Shown: positions 37,745 through 48,101 of the stretch, piece after piece
Layout: each line of letters starts with the position of its first letter
Position numbering within the stretch: the stretch's first letter is position 1
Assembly: GCA_964504535.1 (NCBI GenBank)
Contig: CAZDED010000005.1
Location: forward strand, 9,411 to 73,410
Source of the DNA: an uncultured Gammaproteobacteria bacterium
GTDB lineage: Bacteria; Patescibacteriota; Microgenomatia; Levybacterales; GWA1-39-11
Direction of reading: 5' to 3'
DNA: 64,000 nucleotides
Made by a program: the position numbers and the translations under genes
The notes under the pieces: model-generated
Database searches by the model: none
Told to the model about the DNA's origin: nothing
The model's input: only the letters and a program-made list of their open reading frames with translations

Positions 37745-38491
37745 CTATTCCTCATTAGTCTCTAATATCTCTCTGGGTTGCATCATTGCAAGAATTTTTA
37801 CATAATCATCATTTTTAGCTCTTCTTATTTTAAATTCTAAATTGTGTGGGATGGGTCCGTAGGCTACAGTAGCAAATCTCTCATCAACCGGACCAAAAAA
37901 TCCGCTTAAGAATTTTTTACCATCTTTTGTCGGGATAATAATCCGACCACCATTAGCATACAATCTTTCTGCTTTTCTAAGTATCCGTGCACCTTCTGGG
38001 ATTTTATCAGTGAAGCTTTCATAAAGAATATCCATAGCATGACCTGTCAAAAAAGAGAGAGGAACTGCATATATAAGACCCAGATGGTTCAAATATTGAG
38101 CAAGAGTTACAAGCTTGTTACCGGAGGAACTTTTCATCAAGCTTATCAATTGCGTATGTTCGGACGGTGAAATTTCATGTAAGTCGTTATAGTCAAGAGG
38201 GTCAACTCTTTCACGTTCGATAAGACTTTTTATTGTATTAAAATGTTGATCGGAAGTTGCATCTAACGCATGGTCAAGAGCCAGTTGTGCAGCTTCATCA
38301 TATAGGTGGTACGAAAAATCCTGGGAGTACGGCTTGCTTTCTCCTTTTTGAACTTTCACGTCTTCGTACAAAATCGAATCAACAAATTTTATTGCCCAAA
38401 ATCCGGGATTAGGTTCTGTATACTTATTTTTTAAAAATTCAAAGAGTTGTGGGTTGGGTATTTCAGACATAGGGTGGATTATACTCCTCAT
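37745..38491 (-). CDS. hypothetical protein (248 aa)
   Basis: ORF only. Confidence 0.45.
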   Translation of the reverse strand: MRSIIHPMSEIPNPQLFEFLKNKYTEPNPGFWAIKFVDSILYEDVKVQKGESKPYSQDFSYHLYDEAAQLALDHALDATSDQHFNTIKSLIERERVDPLDYNDLHEISPSEHTQLISLMKSSSGNKLVTLAQYLNHLGLIYAVPLSFLTGHAMDILYESFTDKIPEGARILRKAERLYANGGRIIIPTKDGKKFLSGFFGPVDERFATVAYGPIPHNLEFKIRRAKNDDYVKILAMMQPREILETNEE

Positions 38492-38545
38492 AGCACCAAT
38501 TTTTGTACTTGATTTTTAATTTGCATCTCCGTACAATAGCAGGAG

Positions 38546-39007
38546 ATGGAGAAAACTGTAGTTTTGGTCAAACCTGATGGAGTCCAGCGCGGATTAATAG
38601 GTGAAATAATATCTAGATTTGAAAAAAAAGGTCTCAAGCTTTCGGCTCTCAAAATGATGAACATGACAGATGAGATCATTGATGAATGGTATGCACATCA
38701 CAAAGAGAGATCATTTTTTCCTGCTCTAAAGAGTTTTATGATTTCATATCCGATTGTTGCGATGGTGTGGGAGGGAGTTGAAGCGGCATCGGTTATTAGA
38801 AAAATGATAGGTATTACTCAAGCACGCCAAGCAGAGCCAGGAACAATAAGAGGAGACTTTGCTATCAGTACCCAGATGAATTTGATTCATGCTTCTGAAT
38901 CAAATGAAGCAGCTGTCAAAGAGTTGGGTATATTATTCTCAGATTCTGATCTTTTCTCTTGGGAGAGGACAGATTCTCCTCATCTTTACGGAGCAGACGA
39001 GCGGTAG
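38546..39007 (+). CDS. ndk: nucleoside diphosphate kinase
   Basis: VVLVKPDGVQRGLIGEIISRFEKKGLKL; the NLIHASES context. Confidence 0.9.
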   Translation: MEKTVVLVKPDGVQRGLIGEIISRFEKKGLKLSALKMMNMTDEIIDEWYAHHKERSFFPALKSFMISYPIVAMVWEGVEAASVIRKMIGITQARQAEPGTIRGDFAISTQMNLIHASESNEAAVKELGILFSDSDLFSWERTDSPHLYGADER

Positions 39008-39049
39008 GTATTTTTTATTACTTTTTCCTCGTAGAAGTTCAGAGAGCCT

Positions 39050-39694
39050 CTAAGTAATTTTATCAAGATCGATAGCCTCAGACAGTTGAAAAGTATTCAC
39101 ACGGGTTCTAATAAGACCTTTTAAATACCCACCTGTTTTTAGTTTTTCACCCAAATCTCGAGCCAAAGAACGGATATAAACCCCTGGTCCAGTGGTCACA
39201 TTTAGCCTCAAAATGGGGTAGTCGTACTCCAAAATCTCTATGTTTTTAATGATGACAGCTCGTGGCTCAAGCTTTACTTCCTCGCCGTGACGAACCCGTC
39301 TGTGGGAAGGTTTTCCCGATATTTTCACGGAGCTATAAATTGGGGGTGTCTGCATGATATTTCCTATAAATAATTTGATCGATTCTTTGATTTCAGAAAT
39401 ATTGGGCAGACTTTTAACATTTACATTTTGCTTTTCACCTTCTTCATCATCTGTCGTAGAATTTGCTCCCAAAAAAATAGTTGCTATGTATTCTTTTTCG
39501 CCTTTTACGAATTCATCTAAGCGTTTTGTGTTTTCTCGGCCAACAGCAATGACTAAAACTCCAGAGGCCAATGGATCCAAGGTTCCACCGTGACCAACAC
39601 GTCTAACGCCTGTTTTTTTACGAACAATATCCACAACATCATGAGATGTGATGCCGACGGGCTTGTTGACTGCAAATATTCCGTTGTTTTCCAT
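39050..39694 (-). CDS. truB: tRNA pseudouridine(55) synthase
   Basis: VGHGGTLDPLASGVLVIAVG. Confidence 0.85.
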   Translation of the reverse strand: MENNGIFAVNKPVGITSHDVVDIVRKKTGVRRVGHGGTLDPLASGVLVIAVGRENTKRLDEFVKGEKEYIATIFLGANSTTDDEEGEKQNVNVKSLPNISEIKESIKLFIGNIMQTPPIYSSVKISGKPSHRRVRHGEEVKLEPRAVIIKNIEILEYDYPILRLNVTTGPGVYIRSLARDLGEKLKTGGYLKGLIRTRVNTFQLSEAIDLDKIT

Positions 39695-39722
39695 TTGTTA
39701 TATAATCGAACAAGTCAATTAT

Positions 39723-41072
39723 ATGAATCTTTTAGACAATATCAAACAAAAAGCACTCGAGGAAAATCTTTTGATAAGAAAAACAGACGAGGAAAAATAC
39801 GGCAAAAAAAATGGTATTTCAGTTAGGAGGCTTTCTAATGGGGCAAGAATCTTATCCGTTCAAAGAATTGTTGGGGACAGTAGAGTTTCAACGGTGAGTT
39901 TTAATATGCATTCCGGTGGGTACCTTGATCCAAAGGGTTATGAAGGCGCACACCACTTTTTAGAACATTTATTTTTTACGCAAAAACTGCGCAATCTTTA
40001 TCAGAAGTATCTTATCGAATCAAATGCATTTACATCCCAAGACAAAATTTCTTTTTATACTCGTGGAGGATTTAATACAAAAGTAAAAGACTTTGGTTTA
40101 CAAAAAGTTTTGAAAGCAACTGTGGACTCAATTATTTATCCCGAAACATTAGACAATACGGAAAGTTTTGAATTTAGCAAAGAAATAATTTTAAGAGAAA
40201 TTGACGAATTTTATGCAGATTATCGAAGGTATATGTTTGATGAATTATATAAATTAACACTTGTTGAAGATAACCCTTTTTATGGAAGTGCTCTTGGATA
40301 TCGAGAGTCAGTAATAAGAATAACTCCTGAAATTGTAAAAAAAGTGCTAAACGGCCATATTTCTACCCAAAATATGATAGCAACCATTTTTTCAGAAGGA
40401 AATGGCGCTGAGAGTCATGAACTTTCAAATGTTGTTGCCGATTTGCTTGAAAAATTTCCACGCACTCAAAAAGTTGATGAGATTAAATGGGAGAACATAG
40501 CCAAAACAAAAAAACTTCCCTTCGGAAAAACAGTTAGACATTCTGTAAAAATACAATCAAATATTGTTTCAATAAATTATGCTTGGATGATACCTATAGA
40601 ATACTTATCTAAAGATGACAGGATCACCCGTCTTTTAGGACCATTTCTTTCTGAGCTTTTTAATATTGAGGGACGGGAAAAAGGGCTAGGGTATTCACTA
40701 TATTTTTATCCAAGATATTTTTTCCCAAAGAGCATGTTGATAACGGCGAGCGTTTTATGTCCAGTCGAAGAACTTGATAAAACGCAGACACGAATGGAAC
40801 AAGTCGTTACGACAACTCTTAGAAGACCTCTTGTGGACAAACAGCTTTTTGAAGAGCTCTTATCAACTGAAAAAAACAGGCAGAGTATCGAGCCTATATA
40901 TTCAGGAGGAAGAATGGATACGGCTTACGACTCAGTTAAATGGTTTGACCTTCTCTTTAACAGTGAAAGAATGCGTGAATTGTTTTTAGAATTAAAAGAA
41001 AATGATCTCCTAACGATGCTAAAAAAAATTACCGATCAAAAACCAGCAATTTATATTCTCGGAAATATCTGA
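39723..41072 (+). CDS. M16-family peptidase, second copy (ORF open from 39648; start moved to MNLLDN to avoid overlap with truB)
   Basis: HHFLEHLFF HxxEH motif. Confidence 0.6.
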   Translation: MNLLDNIKQKALEENLLIRKTDEEKYGKKNGISVRRLSNGARILSVQRIVGDSRVSTVSFNMHSGGYLDPKGYEGAHHFLEHLFFTQKLRNLYQKYLIESNAFTSQDKISFYTRGGFNTKVKDFGLQKVLKATVDSIIYPETLDNTESFEFSKEIILREIDEFYADYRRYMFDELYKLTLVEDNPFYGSALGYRESVIRITPEIVKKVLNGHISTQNMIATIFSEGNGAESHELSNVVADLLEKFPRTQKVDEIKWENIAKTKKLPFGKTVRHSVKIQSNIVSINYAWMIPIEYLSKDDRITRLLGPFLSELFNIEGREKGLGYSLYFYPRYFFPKSMLITASVLCPVEELDKTQTRMEQVVTTTLRRPLVDKQLFEELLSTEKNRQSIEPIYSGGRMDTAYDSVKWFDLLFNSERMRELFLELKENDLLTMLKKITDQKPAIYILGNI

Positions 41073-41073
41073 T

Positions 41074-41841
41074 ATGAAATTTAAGTTCATTACATTAAAC
41101 ATCTGGAATGGGGGAGAATTATTCGATGCAGTTATAGAATTTTTGCAAGATGAAAATCCTGACATTGCGGTATTTCAGGAAGTGTATGATGGTGGTAGTC
41201 CTTCACAAGAACCTAGATTCCGGTCAATGGAAGTTTTACATGAGGCACTCCCCGACCTTAAATTTTCTACTTTTGATGGAACAATCATTGATCATGGGAA
41301 CGGGGATCTTCCTTGGGGTAATGCTGTTTTTTCAAAATTTCCGATTGTCGCAAAAAATAATGTATTGTTTGAAGATAAAGTGGGAGACTTCGATTTTGTT
41401 ACGAGAAATGATTTTCAGAATGTAACCCAAGGTATGTGTGGGGCGACGATTGAGGTTAGCGGCAAAAAAATAGATGTCTATAGCATCCATGGGGTGTGGG
41501 GTACGCATGGTCAAGATACCCCGGAAAGAACTAAAATGGGTACAACAATCATCGACTCATTAAAAGACGTGTCGCCATTGATAATTGCCGGAGACACCAA
41601 TCTGTATCCTGACACCCAATTTGTAAAAGATGTTTGCGAAAATCTCAAATTGACTAATATTTTCGGAACCGAGTTGGTCACTACTTTTAATATGAAATAT
41701 AAAGATCCGGAAAAAACAGGATACGCGACCTCTCCGGTAGACATGGTCATGGCAAGTCCGGAGCTTACGGTTGTTTCCAAAGAGATGCCATTGGTTGACG
41801 CATCTGATCACTACCCATTAAAAGTTATATTTAATCTTTGA
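41074..41841 (+). CDS. endonuclease/exonuclease/phosphatase (EEP) family protein
   Basis: FITLNIWNG, DIAVFQEV, GDTNL and SDHYPL motifs. Confidence 0.75.
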   Translation: MKFKFITLNIWNGGELFDAVIEFLQDENPDIAVFQEVYDGGSPSQEPRFRSMEVLHEALPDLKFSTFDGTIIDHGNGDLPWGNAVFSKFPIVAKNNVLFEDKVGDFDFVTRNDFQNVTQGMCGATIEVSGKKIDVYSIHGVWGTHGQDTPERTKMGTTIIDSLKDVSPLIIAGDTNLYPDTQFVKDVCENLKLTNIFGTELVTTFNMKYKDPEKTGYATSPVDMVMASPELTVVSKEMPLVDASDHYPLKVIFNL

Positions 41842-41882
41842 TGGGCAAGATCTTCTTACCCATTAAAAGTTATATTCGAAGT

Positions 41883-42602
41883 TTAGTTGGCTTTAAGTGA
41901 GGCAATAACAGAATCCATTTGAGAAAGAATTACTTCGTCAGGACTGGTTGGCGCGGTGTAGGTTATGGCACCAAATGAAGTTGGGGATCCAAAAGATCCT
42001 TTAGTTGAGGGGTTGCTTGCGCAGAATGTGTAGGTCGGGATAGGGGGGTTGCCACTGGTTATCACGACTCTTCTAAAAGTTGTATCCCCCGCTTTTATCT
42101 CGACAAATTCCTTATTACTATAATCTTGAGACATTTCTGATGGAGCATCTCCCTTGAAAGTGCATCCACTTCCTCCCATTGGTGCTTGGTAAATTTTTAT
42201 ACTATATTCCCCTTTTGTTAGGGTCAATAAATCAGAAATCTCATCTCTTTTCGTATCCTTTTGCCAGTCATTCGGATACGAAATTGTGTAGGCAGATGCC
42301 GAATTGTCTTTTAATTTCGTGCTTGTATATACAAGCACTTTCATTTTAGTTGATGGGGTACTTGTAATTGGAGTTTCTACAGTGGTAGTTGGAGTCGGTT
42401 GGGTTGTAGTTGGTGGGACGGTAATTGCAGCTTCGGGCTTTTTTTGCATCCCCAGATACGCTGCAGCTGCTACCACAACAAGTGCAAGAAATATTATTGC
42501 GCCAACTAGTGGAACATTATTGCTTTTGTGAACTACAACCGCTTGTGGGGTGGGGGTGTTCGCTTGAGATATTGGTGCTGCCGGGGATGTTGCTTCTTCC
42601 AT
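41883..42602 (-). CDS. membrane-anchored secreted protein with Pro/Thr-rich linker
   Basis: An N-terminal TM helix followed by TTTQPTPTTT. Confidence 0.45.
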   Translation of the reverse strand: MEEATSPAAPISQANTPTPQAVVVHKSNNVPLVGAIIFLALVVVAAAAYLGMQKKPEAAITVPPTTTQPTPTTTVETPITSTPSTKMKVLVYTSTKLKDNSASAYTISYPNDWQKDTKRDEISDLLTLTKGEYSIKIYQAPMGGSGCTFKGDAPSEMSQDYSNKEFVEIKAGDTTFRRVVITSGNPPIPTYTFCASNPSTKGSFGSPTSFGAITYTAPTSPDEVILSQMDSVIASLKAN

Positions 42603-42645
42603 ATATTTATTCTTCCATGATCCGGATGATATTACAAGTTGTATG

Positions 42646-43899
42646 TTACTTCAAAATGGTAATCCTCTGTTGCCATCCTTTGTCATTTGCGAATTGAAAT
42701 GCATCCGTAGGTTTGCCTTTGATTTCTTTTGTTCCAACCATTCTTCCATCTCTTAAGACTCCTGCACTTATAAATCCCTCACCGGTCCCGATGACTACAT
42801 GGCCTTTTCCTTCTTTCAACTCAACTATCTCAGTTACTTTCCCTGGCTCTGGTGAGTCACCAGATTCGACTCTCCCTTCATAGAGAGTTACCATATTACC
42901 TTCTTGATCTTCCACCCAAGCGCCTGGGTTAAATGTGCCTGCATCAATCATTGCTTTTATGGAATGCGCAGGTTTGGTCAAGTCAATCTTTACATGCTTC
43001 TTTTCAATCGGTGGTTGATAATTTCCTTCCCCATCTACTTGAGGCTGTCCGCGGAAAATGAGTCCCATATCTTTTGCTATAGCCATCTTATTGGTGATCT
43101 CAAGCATATATTCAACACCTTGAGGGAAAAGTACATTGTTAAATGCCGATATTACTGTTGTTGCATCTTCAGGTAGCGTAACTAATTTTTCCGCAAGAAT
43201 AGGTCCTTTATCGAGAGTATCATTTGGATCATTTTCTTTTGATCCCGTCGGTAGGGGTTTTTTATTCATACCATGTTCACTAGGAATTAGTTCATCTCCA
43301 CGACTAAGAGAATAAACACACATTCCTATTGCTGGATTTCCATTTTCATCTGTTAGTTCATTAATTCTTTGCCAATTAGGAGCAGAGCGTCCCCGATACC
43401 CATCCTCTTTTGCTCTAGACGGATGCCATCCCCAGAAATCCATCGGCGCTATTTCTGCTACATCTTGCGGAACAGTTGCAGTTAGGCTCGCAGCAATCAG
43501 TATGTCTGGTTCAAAATCCTTTAAATTTTTAGCTGCATCAGGTTGTGTAAGACTGCTGAATTTAAAATTCGGTATTCCAAACTCCTTTGCGGTAGCACGT
43601 ACTGCATCTGGCTCTTTACCATCGACCATTGCAGGGCCTACAACAAATACTATTTCATGACCAGCTTCGATAGCCCCTCTTACATATCGGTCTGCAAATT
43701 TACCTGATCCCATGACACCAATTTTTAGAGGGTTGAACGGAGTGTTAGGATCAATATCCCAATGATCTATTCTGTCATCAACAAATTCAAACTGGGTATG
43801 AACATCTGGTGTTTCAATCGAGTGAGGACTAGCTTTTCCTTCTAACTCTGCTGCCATTGTAAAAAAAGTATATACGTAGCGGATACTAGTTTGCAACAA
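42646..43899 (-). CDS. hypothetical protein with Rossmann-like N-terminal region, weak formyltransferase-like similarity
   Basis: IGVMGSGKFA and WGWHPSRAKEDGYRG are only loosely similar to the HPSLLPxxRG box. Confidence 0.35.
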   Translation of the reverse strand: MLQTSIRYVYTFFTMAAELEGKASPHSIETPDVHTQFEFVDDRIDHWDIDPNTPFNPLKIGVMGSGKFADRYVRGAIEAGHEIVFVVGPAMVDGKEPDAVRATAKEFGIPNFKFSSLTQPDAAKNLKDFEPDILIAASLTATVPQDVAEIAPMDFWGWHPSRAKEDGYRGRSAPNWQRINELTDENGNPAIGMCVYSLSRGDELIPSEHGMNKKPLPTGSKENDPNDTLDKGPILAEKLVTLPEDATTVISAFNNVLFPQGVEYMLEITNKMAIAKDMGLIFRGQPQVDGEGNYQPPIEKKHVKIDLTKPAHSIKAMIDAGTFNPGAWVEDQEGNMVTLYEGRVESGDSPEPGKVTEIVELKEGKGHVVIGTGEGFISAGVLRDGRMVGTKEIKGKPTDAFQFANDKGWQQRITILK

Positions 43900-43925
43900 T
43901 TATTTTAGTCCTCTATAATGCCACA

Positions 43926-44240
43926 ATGGCAGAAAAACATTTCCCGGAAGAAAAGATTGCAGAAGGTGTTTTGAAACAGAAAATAGCTGATGGTACTAAT
44001 GATTTTTCAGTAAGAATGGAGCCGGGAAGTGAGATTGAAATGCGTACGAGTGAACACGAATATTTATGGGTAGTAGAGTCGGGCGTTGGTCTTTTGACTA
44101 TGATTGAGGCGGGTCACGAGCACAGAAGGAATATAAGAGTTAGTAGTGGAATTGGTGGAGAGCTTCACGTTGGAGATCAATTCGGAGTTTTGAATATTGG
44201 ACGCGAAATTTTAGAAGTATTGGTTACAAAAAATCTCTAG
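43926..44240 (+). CDS. hypothetical protein (104 aa), possibly cupin-like
   Basis: ORF only. Confidence 0.35.
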   Translation: MAEKHFPEEKIAEGVLKQKIADGTNDFSVRMEPGSEIEMRTSEHEYLWVVESGVGLLTMIEAGHEHRRNIRVSSGIGGELHVGDQFGVLNIGREILEVLVTKNL

Positions 44241-44244
44241 TTTG

Positions 44245-44317
44245 CGACCCCGAGAGGAGTCGAACCTCCAGTCTTTCCCTTAGGACGGGACTGCTCAATC
44301 CATTAAGCTACGGGGTC
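44245..44317 (-). tRNA. tRNA-Arg (anticodon CCT)
   Basis: On the minus strand: acceptor GACCCCG/CGGGGTC, D arm GCTT-AATGGATT-GAGC, anticodon loop GTCCTAA, T arm GGAGG-TTCGACT-CCTCT. Confidence 0.75.
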
Positions 44318-44383
44318 TCGTCACAAAGTATTTTATCATAGTGACCCGTGGGTAACTTATTGACTAATAGTTGAGCTTGCAAT

Positions 44384-45250
44384 ATGATAGTAGTCATGGC
44401 GGAAGGTCTCACAAAAAAGCAAATCAAGGAACTTCGGAAGCTTGAAAAGATGCAGTCCAGAAACATGGAAGAGAAGAACGGGACTGTTAAATGGATAGCA
44501 ATCACGGTAATTTCTGCAATATTTCTCCTTTTGTTTGTGGGTATCATTGTAGTTGCGAAGAACAAAAATAAACCACAAACTGCAAGTGGAAGCGCGCAAT
44601 TTGCTAACAATGGGCACACCCGAATGTTGACTAAAGAAGGGAAGGATGCAACTAATTCTGCAAATCCTGCTCAAAAAGTGGTGACTGTGGTTGAATATGG
44701 TGACCTCCAGTGTCCGGCATGTAAATCCTATCATCCAGTAGTTACAGAATTATTGAAAGCATTTCCTGAGCAATTAAAACTGGTTTTCAAAAATTACCCA
44801 CTGACACAGGTGCATCCAAATGCGATGGCAGCATCAGTTGCTGCTGAGGCAGCGGCAAAGCAAGGGAAATTTTATGCATTTGTAGATGCTGCATATGAAA
44901 AGCAAGAAGAATGGGCAGGGCTTGACGACCCACAAAGCAAATTTGAAGAATATGTAAAGGCGCTTGGTATGAATGTCGATCAGTTCAGAAAAGACCAAAA
45001 GGATCCTGCAATCGCTAAATTGATAGCAGATCAAAATACGGAGGGTATACAAAATGGGGTTACAGGAACACCATCATTTTTTGTGGAAGGAAAAAAGATA
45101 GAAAATCCAGCAAGTCTTGAGGATTTTAAAAAGATTATTTTACAAGAGTTAAAGTCAATCACCGGCTCCGACATAGTCCCTCAAAATCCAACAGGAACTA
45201 GCGCCAGCCCTACTACGGCGGTTCCTGAAAAGCTGCCATTACAGCAATAA
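44384..45250 (+). CDS. membrane-anchored thioredoxin-fold thiol:disulfide oxidoreductase (DsbA/BdbD-like)
   Basis: CPACKSYHP CxxC active site; an N-terminal TM helix. Confidence 0.75.
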   Translation: MIVVMAEGLTKKQIKELRKLEKMQSRNMEEKNGTVKWIAITVISAIFLLLFVGIIVVAKNKNKPQTASGSAQFANNGHTRMLTKEGKDATNSANPAQKVVTVVEYGDLQCPACKSYHPVVTELLKAFPEQLKLVFKNYPLTQVHPNAMAASVAAEAAAKQGKFYAFVDAAYEKQEEWAGLDDPQSKFEEYVKALGMNVDQFRKDQKDPAIAKLIADQNTEGIQNGVTGTPSFFVEGKKIENPASLEDFKKIILQELKSITGSDIVPQNPTGTSASPTTAVPEKLPLQQ

Positions 45251-45255
45251 ATCAT

Positions 45256-45798
45256 ATGTCACCACTAGCTCAGATTTTAATTTCTGTTCTTTCCACAGGA
45301 ACTCTTTTACTTCAGATAGCAAGTTTCGTTCTAGTTGTAGTCCTATTTTTTGGAGTTCTAAAACCTAAAAATAAAACGATCAAGAAAATAAAAACCCTTA
45401 TATCTGATAACTACGTCGTTATAATACTGATTGTAAGCGGACTGGCAACTGCCGGAAGTCTAGCGCTTTCTGAGATAGTCAATTTTGCTCCATGCAAATT
45501 GTGCTGGTATCAGAGGGTAATGACATATCCGCAGGTATTGATAGCATTTGTAGCTCTTATTACAAATGATCAAAAAATTAAAAAATTTATTTTGCCATTA
45601 TCCATTATTGGGTTTGTTATAGCGACATATCACATATTGCTACAAGTTTTTCCTACAGCATTTCAGTGTAATGATGAGGTAGCAAAATGTAGTGCTATAC
45701 AATTTGCACAATTTGGTTATATTACAATTCCTGTCATGGCTTTTTCTACTTTTATATTTATTATTCTAATAAGCTTGGTAAAAAAAAGAGAGGATTAG
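45256..45798 (+). CDS. disulfide bond formation protein B-like (DsbB/BdbC family)
   Basis: APCKLCWYQRVMTYP and a second Cys pair (CNDEVAKC); 4 TM helices. Confidence 0.7.
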   Translation: MSPLAQILISVLSTGTLLLQIASFVLVVVLFFGVLKPKNKTIKKIKTLISDNYVVIILIVSGLATAGSLALSEIVNFAPCKLCWYQRVMTYPQVLIAFVALITNDQKIKKFILPLSIIGFVIATYHILLQVFPTAFQCNDEVAKCSAIQFAQFGYITIPVMAFSTFIFIILISLVKKRED

Positions 45799-45815
45799 TG
45801 TCTTTGAGGGTCTTA

Positions 45816-46103
45816 TTATTTCCCCGGTTCCTGAGTGATGTTTTGAACAGCCCCATGAGTAGGCTCACCTTTTGCCTCAGATTCTGCAGTGTTAAAGACT
45901 CCGTGTTTGTAGCCTACAAGAGCAAGAGCTGACAATGTTACCCCAGCAGCTAAGGCCAAAAGTTTTTGCTTTGCAGATAATGGATGATGTTCAGGTGTAG
46001 GTGTACCCTCTAGAAATTGGGCTGTTGTAGATGCCTCATGATCAAAATTCTCCAATTTACGTGTCTGTCGGCCGACTTGTCCATTTTCACCAGATTCATG
46101 CAT
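45816..46103 (-). CDS. hypothetical protein (95 aa) with hydrophobic segment
   Basis: ORF only. Confidence 0.35.
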   Translation of the reverse strand: MHESGENGQVGRQTRKLENFDHEASTTAQFLEGTPTPEHHPLSAKQKLLALAAGVTLSALALVGYKHGVFNTAESEAKGEPTHGAVQNITQEPGK

Positions 46104-46122
46104 ACAGATAGTATGTAATTTT

Positions 46123-46605
46123 TTGGGATACCTGTCAAGTTCTGCCTTATTATGTATAATTAATTACATGACCCAAGAAATATTGGTAAGAGCACTTATC
46201 ATCAGAGACAGAAAGATTTTGGTGTGTCAAACCGTTGGGAAAGATTATTTTTTTCTGCCCGGCGGACACGTGGAATTTGGAGAGAGTATGCAAGATGCCT
46301 TGCACCGAGAGCTTATTGAGGAATTGAACGCACGCGTAATTGCTTCGTCATACATTGGTAGTGTTGAAAATATTTTTGAGCAGAATGAAGTAAAAAAGCA
46401 CGAACTCAGTTTTGTTTTTCATGTTGATATCGATTTGCGCGACGTTGTTTCAAAAGAGGAGCACATTTCCTTTTATTGGCTGACTTTTGAAGAATTTATT
46501 GATGCTAAAGTCATGCCACCTGCTATGAAAGACGCAATTATTGAATGGACCGCTGAGAAGGAAACATTTTTTATAGAAGAGAAAAGTTCAGGCAATAGTA
46601 ACTAG
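46123..46605 (+). CDS. Nudix hydrolase
   Basis: Nudix box GGHVEFGESMQDALHRELIEELNA. Confidence 0.75.
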   Translation: MGYLSSSALLCIINYMTQEILVRALIIRDRKILVCQTVGKDYFFLPGGHVEFGESMQDALHRELIEELNARVIASSYIGSVENIFEQNEVKKHELSFVFHVDIDLRDVVSKEEHISFYWLTFEEFIDAKVMPPAMKDAIIEWTAEKETFFIEEKSSGNSN

Positions 46606-46615
46606 TCACTGACCA

Positions 46616-47371
46616 ATGGCTGTCCCACCACAACATCATCAGAAATCATCCAGAAGAAATCAAATCATTTGGTTCCTTATTCTAAGAACTCTTGGTAATT
46701 TTTTGATCTTATTTACTATATTTGGATTCGGATTTACTTTCGGTCCCGCTGTTTTTTATGAAGCCCGTTACCAAGTAGCCCAAAGATTTAATATCCATTA
46801 CAAAGTCGGACAAGTAGTACAACAGGGACCGACAGAACTTGGAAAAATCATTCAGAAAGAGCAATTGGCAAAATCTCAACCAAGCATTTTTAATGCTGTT
46901 CTTTCAGGAAAAAGGGAGGAGATACTGTATCCTGCAGATCCAGCATTTTCTGTAGTCATCCCAAAAATTGGCGCAAATGAAAGGATCATAGCAAATGTCG
47001 ATCCAGACAATGAGGAAGAATATCTCAAAATATTGCTGAATAACATAGCTCATGCCAAAGGAACGGCTTTTCCCGGGGTCAATGGAACAACATATTTATT
47101 TGCACACAGTACTGATAATTTTTGGAATGTAGGTCGATATAATGCCGTGTTTTATTTACTGAATAAAATGGAGGTAGGGGATGATGTTGTGATATTTTTA
47201 AATGGAAAAAGATTTAACTACGCAGTCAGCGAAACTAAAATTATCGATCCCTCAGACACACATTTTATTGCCAGTAATTTGGGACAAGGGGAGCGGGTAA
47301 TTTTGCAGACATGTTGGCCACCAGGAACCGCATGGAAGAGGCTATTGATTTTTGCTACACCCAAGCCTTAA
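46616..47371 (+). CDS. sortase-family transpeptidase
   Basis: LFAHS His and the ILQTCWP (TLxTC) catalytic Cys motif; an N-terminal TM anchor. Confidence 0.7.
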   Translation: MAVPPQHHQKSSRRNQIIWFLILRTLGNFLILFTIFGFGFTFGPAVFYEARYQVAQRFNIHYKVGQVVQQGPTELGKIIQKEQLAKSQPSIFNAVLSGKREEILYPADPAFSVVIPKIGANERIIANVDPDNEEEYLKILLNNIAHAKGTAFPGVNGTTYLFAHSTDNFWNVGRYNAVFYLLNKMEVGDDVVIFLNGKRFNYAVSETKIIDPSDTHFIASNLGQGERVILQTCWPPGTAWKRLLIFATPKP

Positions 47372-48002
47372 AATACATCAAATGGCCACACATTCTTTTA
47401 CTGTCAAAGAATCTTTAAAATACGGTTGGGATACTTTTAAAAAGAACTGGCAATTTTTAATTGCAGTATTTGCAATTGTTGTTCTTGCCGGCATGATCCC
47501 AAACTGGCTACATGATTGGTCACGGGACAACATGCCAAATGTATCTTTTGTTTTTTCTATCATCAGCTGGCTTATACAAATGATCACTGGCATTGGAGTT
47601 ATCGTTATCAGTCTGAAAATAGTGGATGGGAAAAAACCAAATATTTCAGATCTGTATACTCATTCTTCACTCCTTCTCAATTATTTCCTCGGGTCATTAA
47701 TTTACGGACTTGTAACTATCGGAGGATTTATTTTGCTTATTATTCCTGGAATAATTTGGGGAATTAAGTATCAATATATAACGTATTTGATCATAGATCA
47801 GGGAATGAGTCCAATGGATGCTTTTAGAAAAAGCGGGAAGATAACACAAGGGCACAAAACAAAACTTTTCTGGCTCGGAATTTCATATATAGGGATAACA
47901 CTTCTTGGCATTCTTGTATTTGGGATTGGTCTTATTATCTCCTGGCCCATCATTGCTCTTTCTGGAGCATACGTCTATCGAAAGCTTTCCCCTAAGAAAT
48001 AA
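47352..48002 (+). CDS. integral membrane protein (6 predicted TM segments)
   Basis: Hydrophobicity pattern only. Confidence 0.5.
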   Translation: MLHPSLKIHQMATHSFTVKESLKYGWDTFKKNWQFLIAVFAIVVLAGMIPNWLHDWSRDNMPNVSFVFSIISWLIQMITGIGVIVISLKIVDGKKPNISDLYTHSSLLLNYFLGSLIYGLVTIGGFILLIIPGIIWGIKYQYITYLIIDQGMSPMDAFRKSGKITQGHKTKLFWLGISYIGITLLGILVFGIGLIISWPIIALSGAYVYRKLSPKK

Positions 48003-48101
48003 AGTTGGTATTGTTTGTAACTCTTTTTCATAGATTGTACCTCTTGTCTACTCGTTAAATTCATGTAAATCTATATGTAGCTTCCTTGCCCCGGCTACAA
48101 A

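Noticed and set aside
42646-43899. Calling 42646..43899 a second formyltransferase
   Set aside because: The similarity to the HPSLLPxxRG box is loose (WHPSRAKEDGYRG) and the length and architecture differ. It is left as hypothetical with a note.
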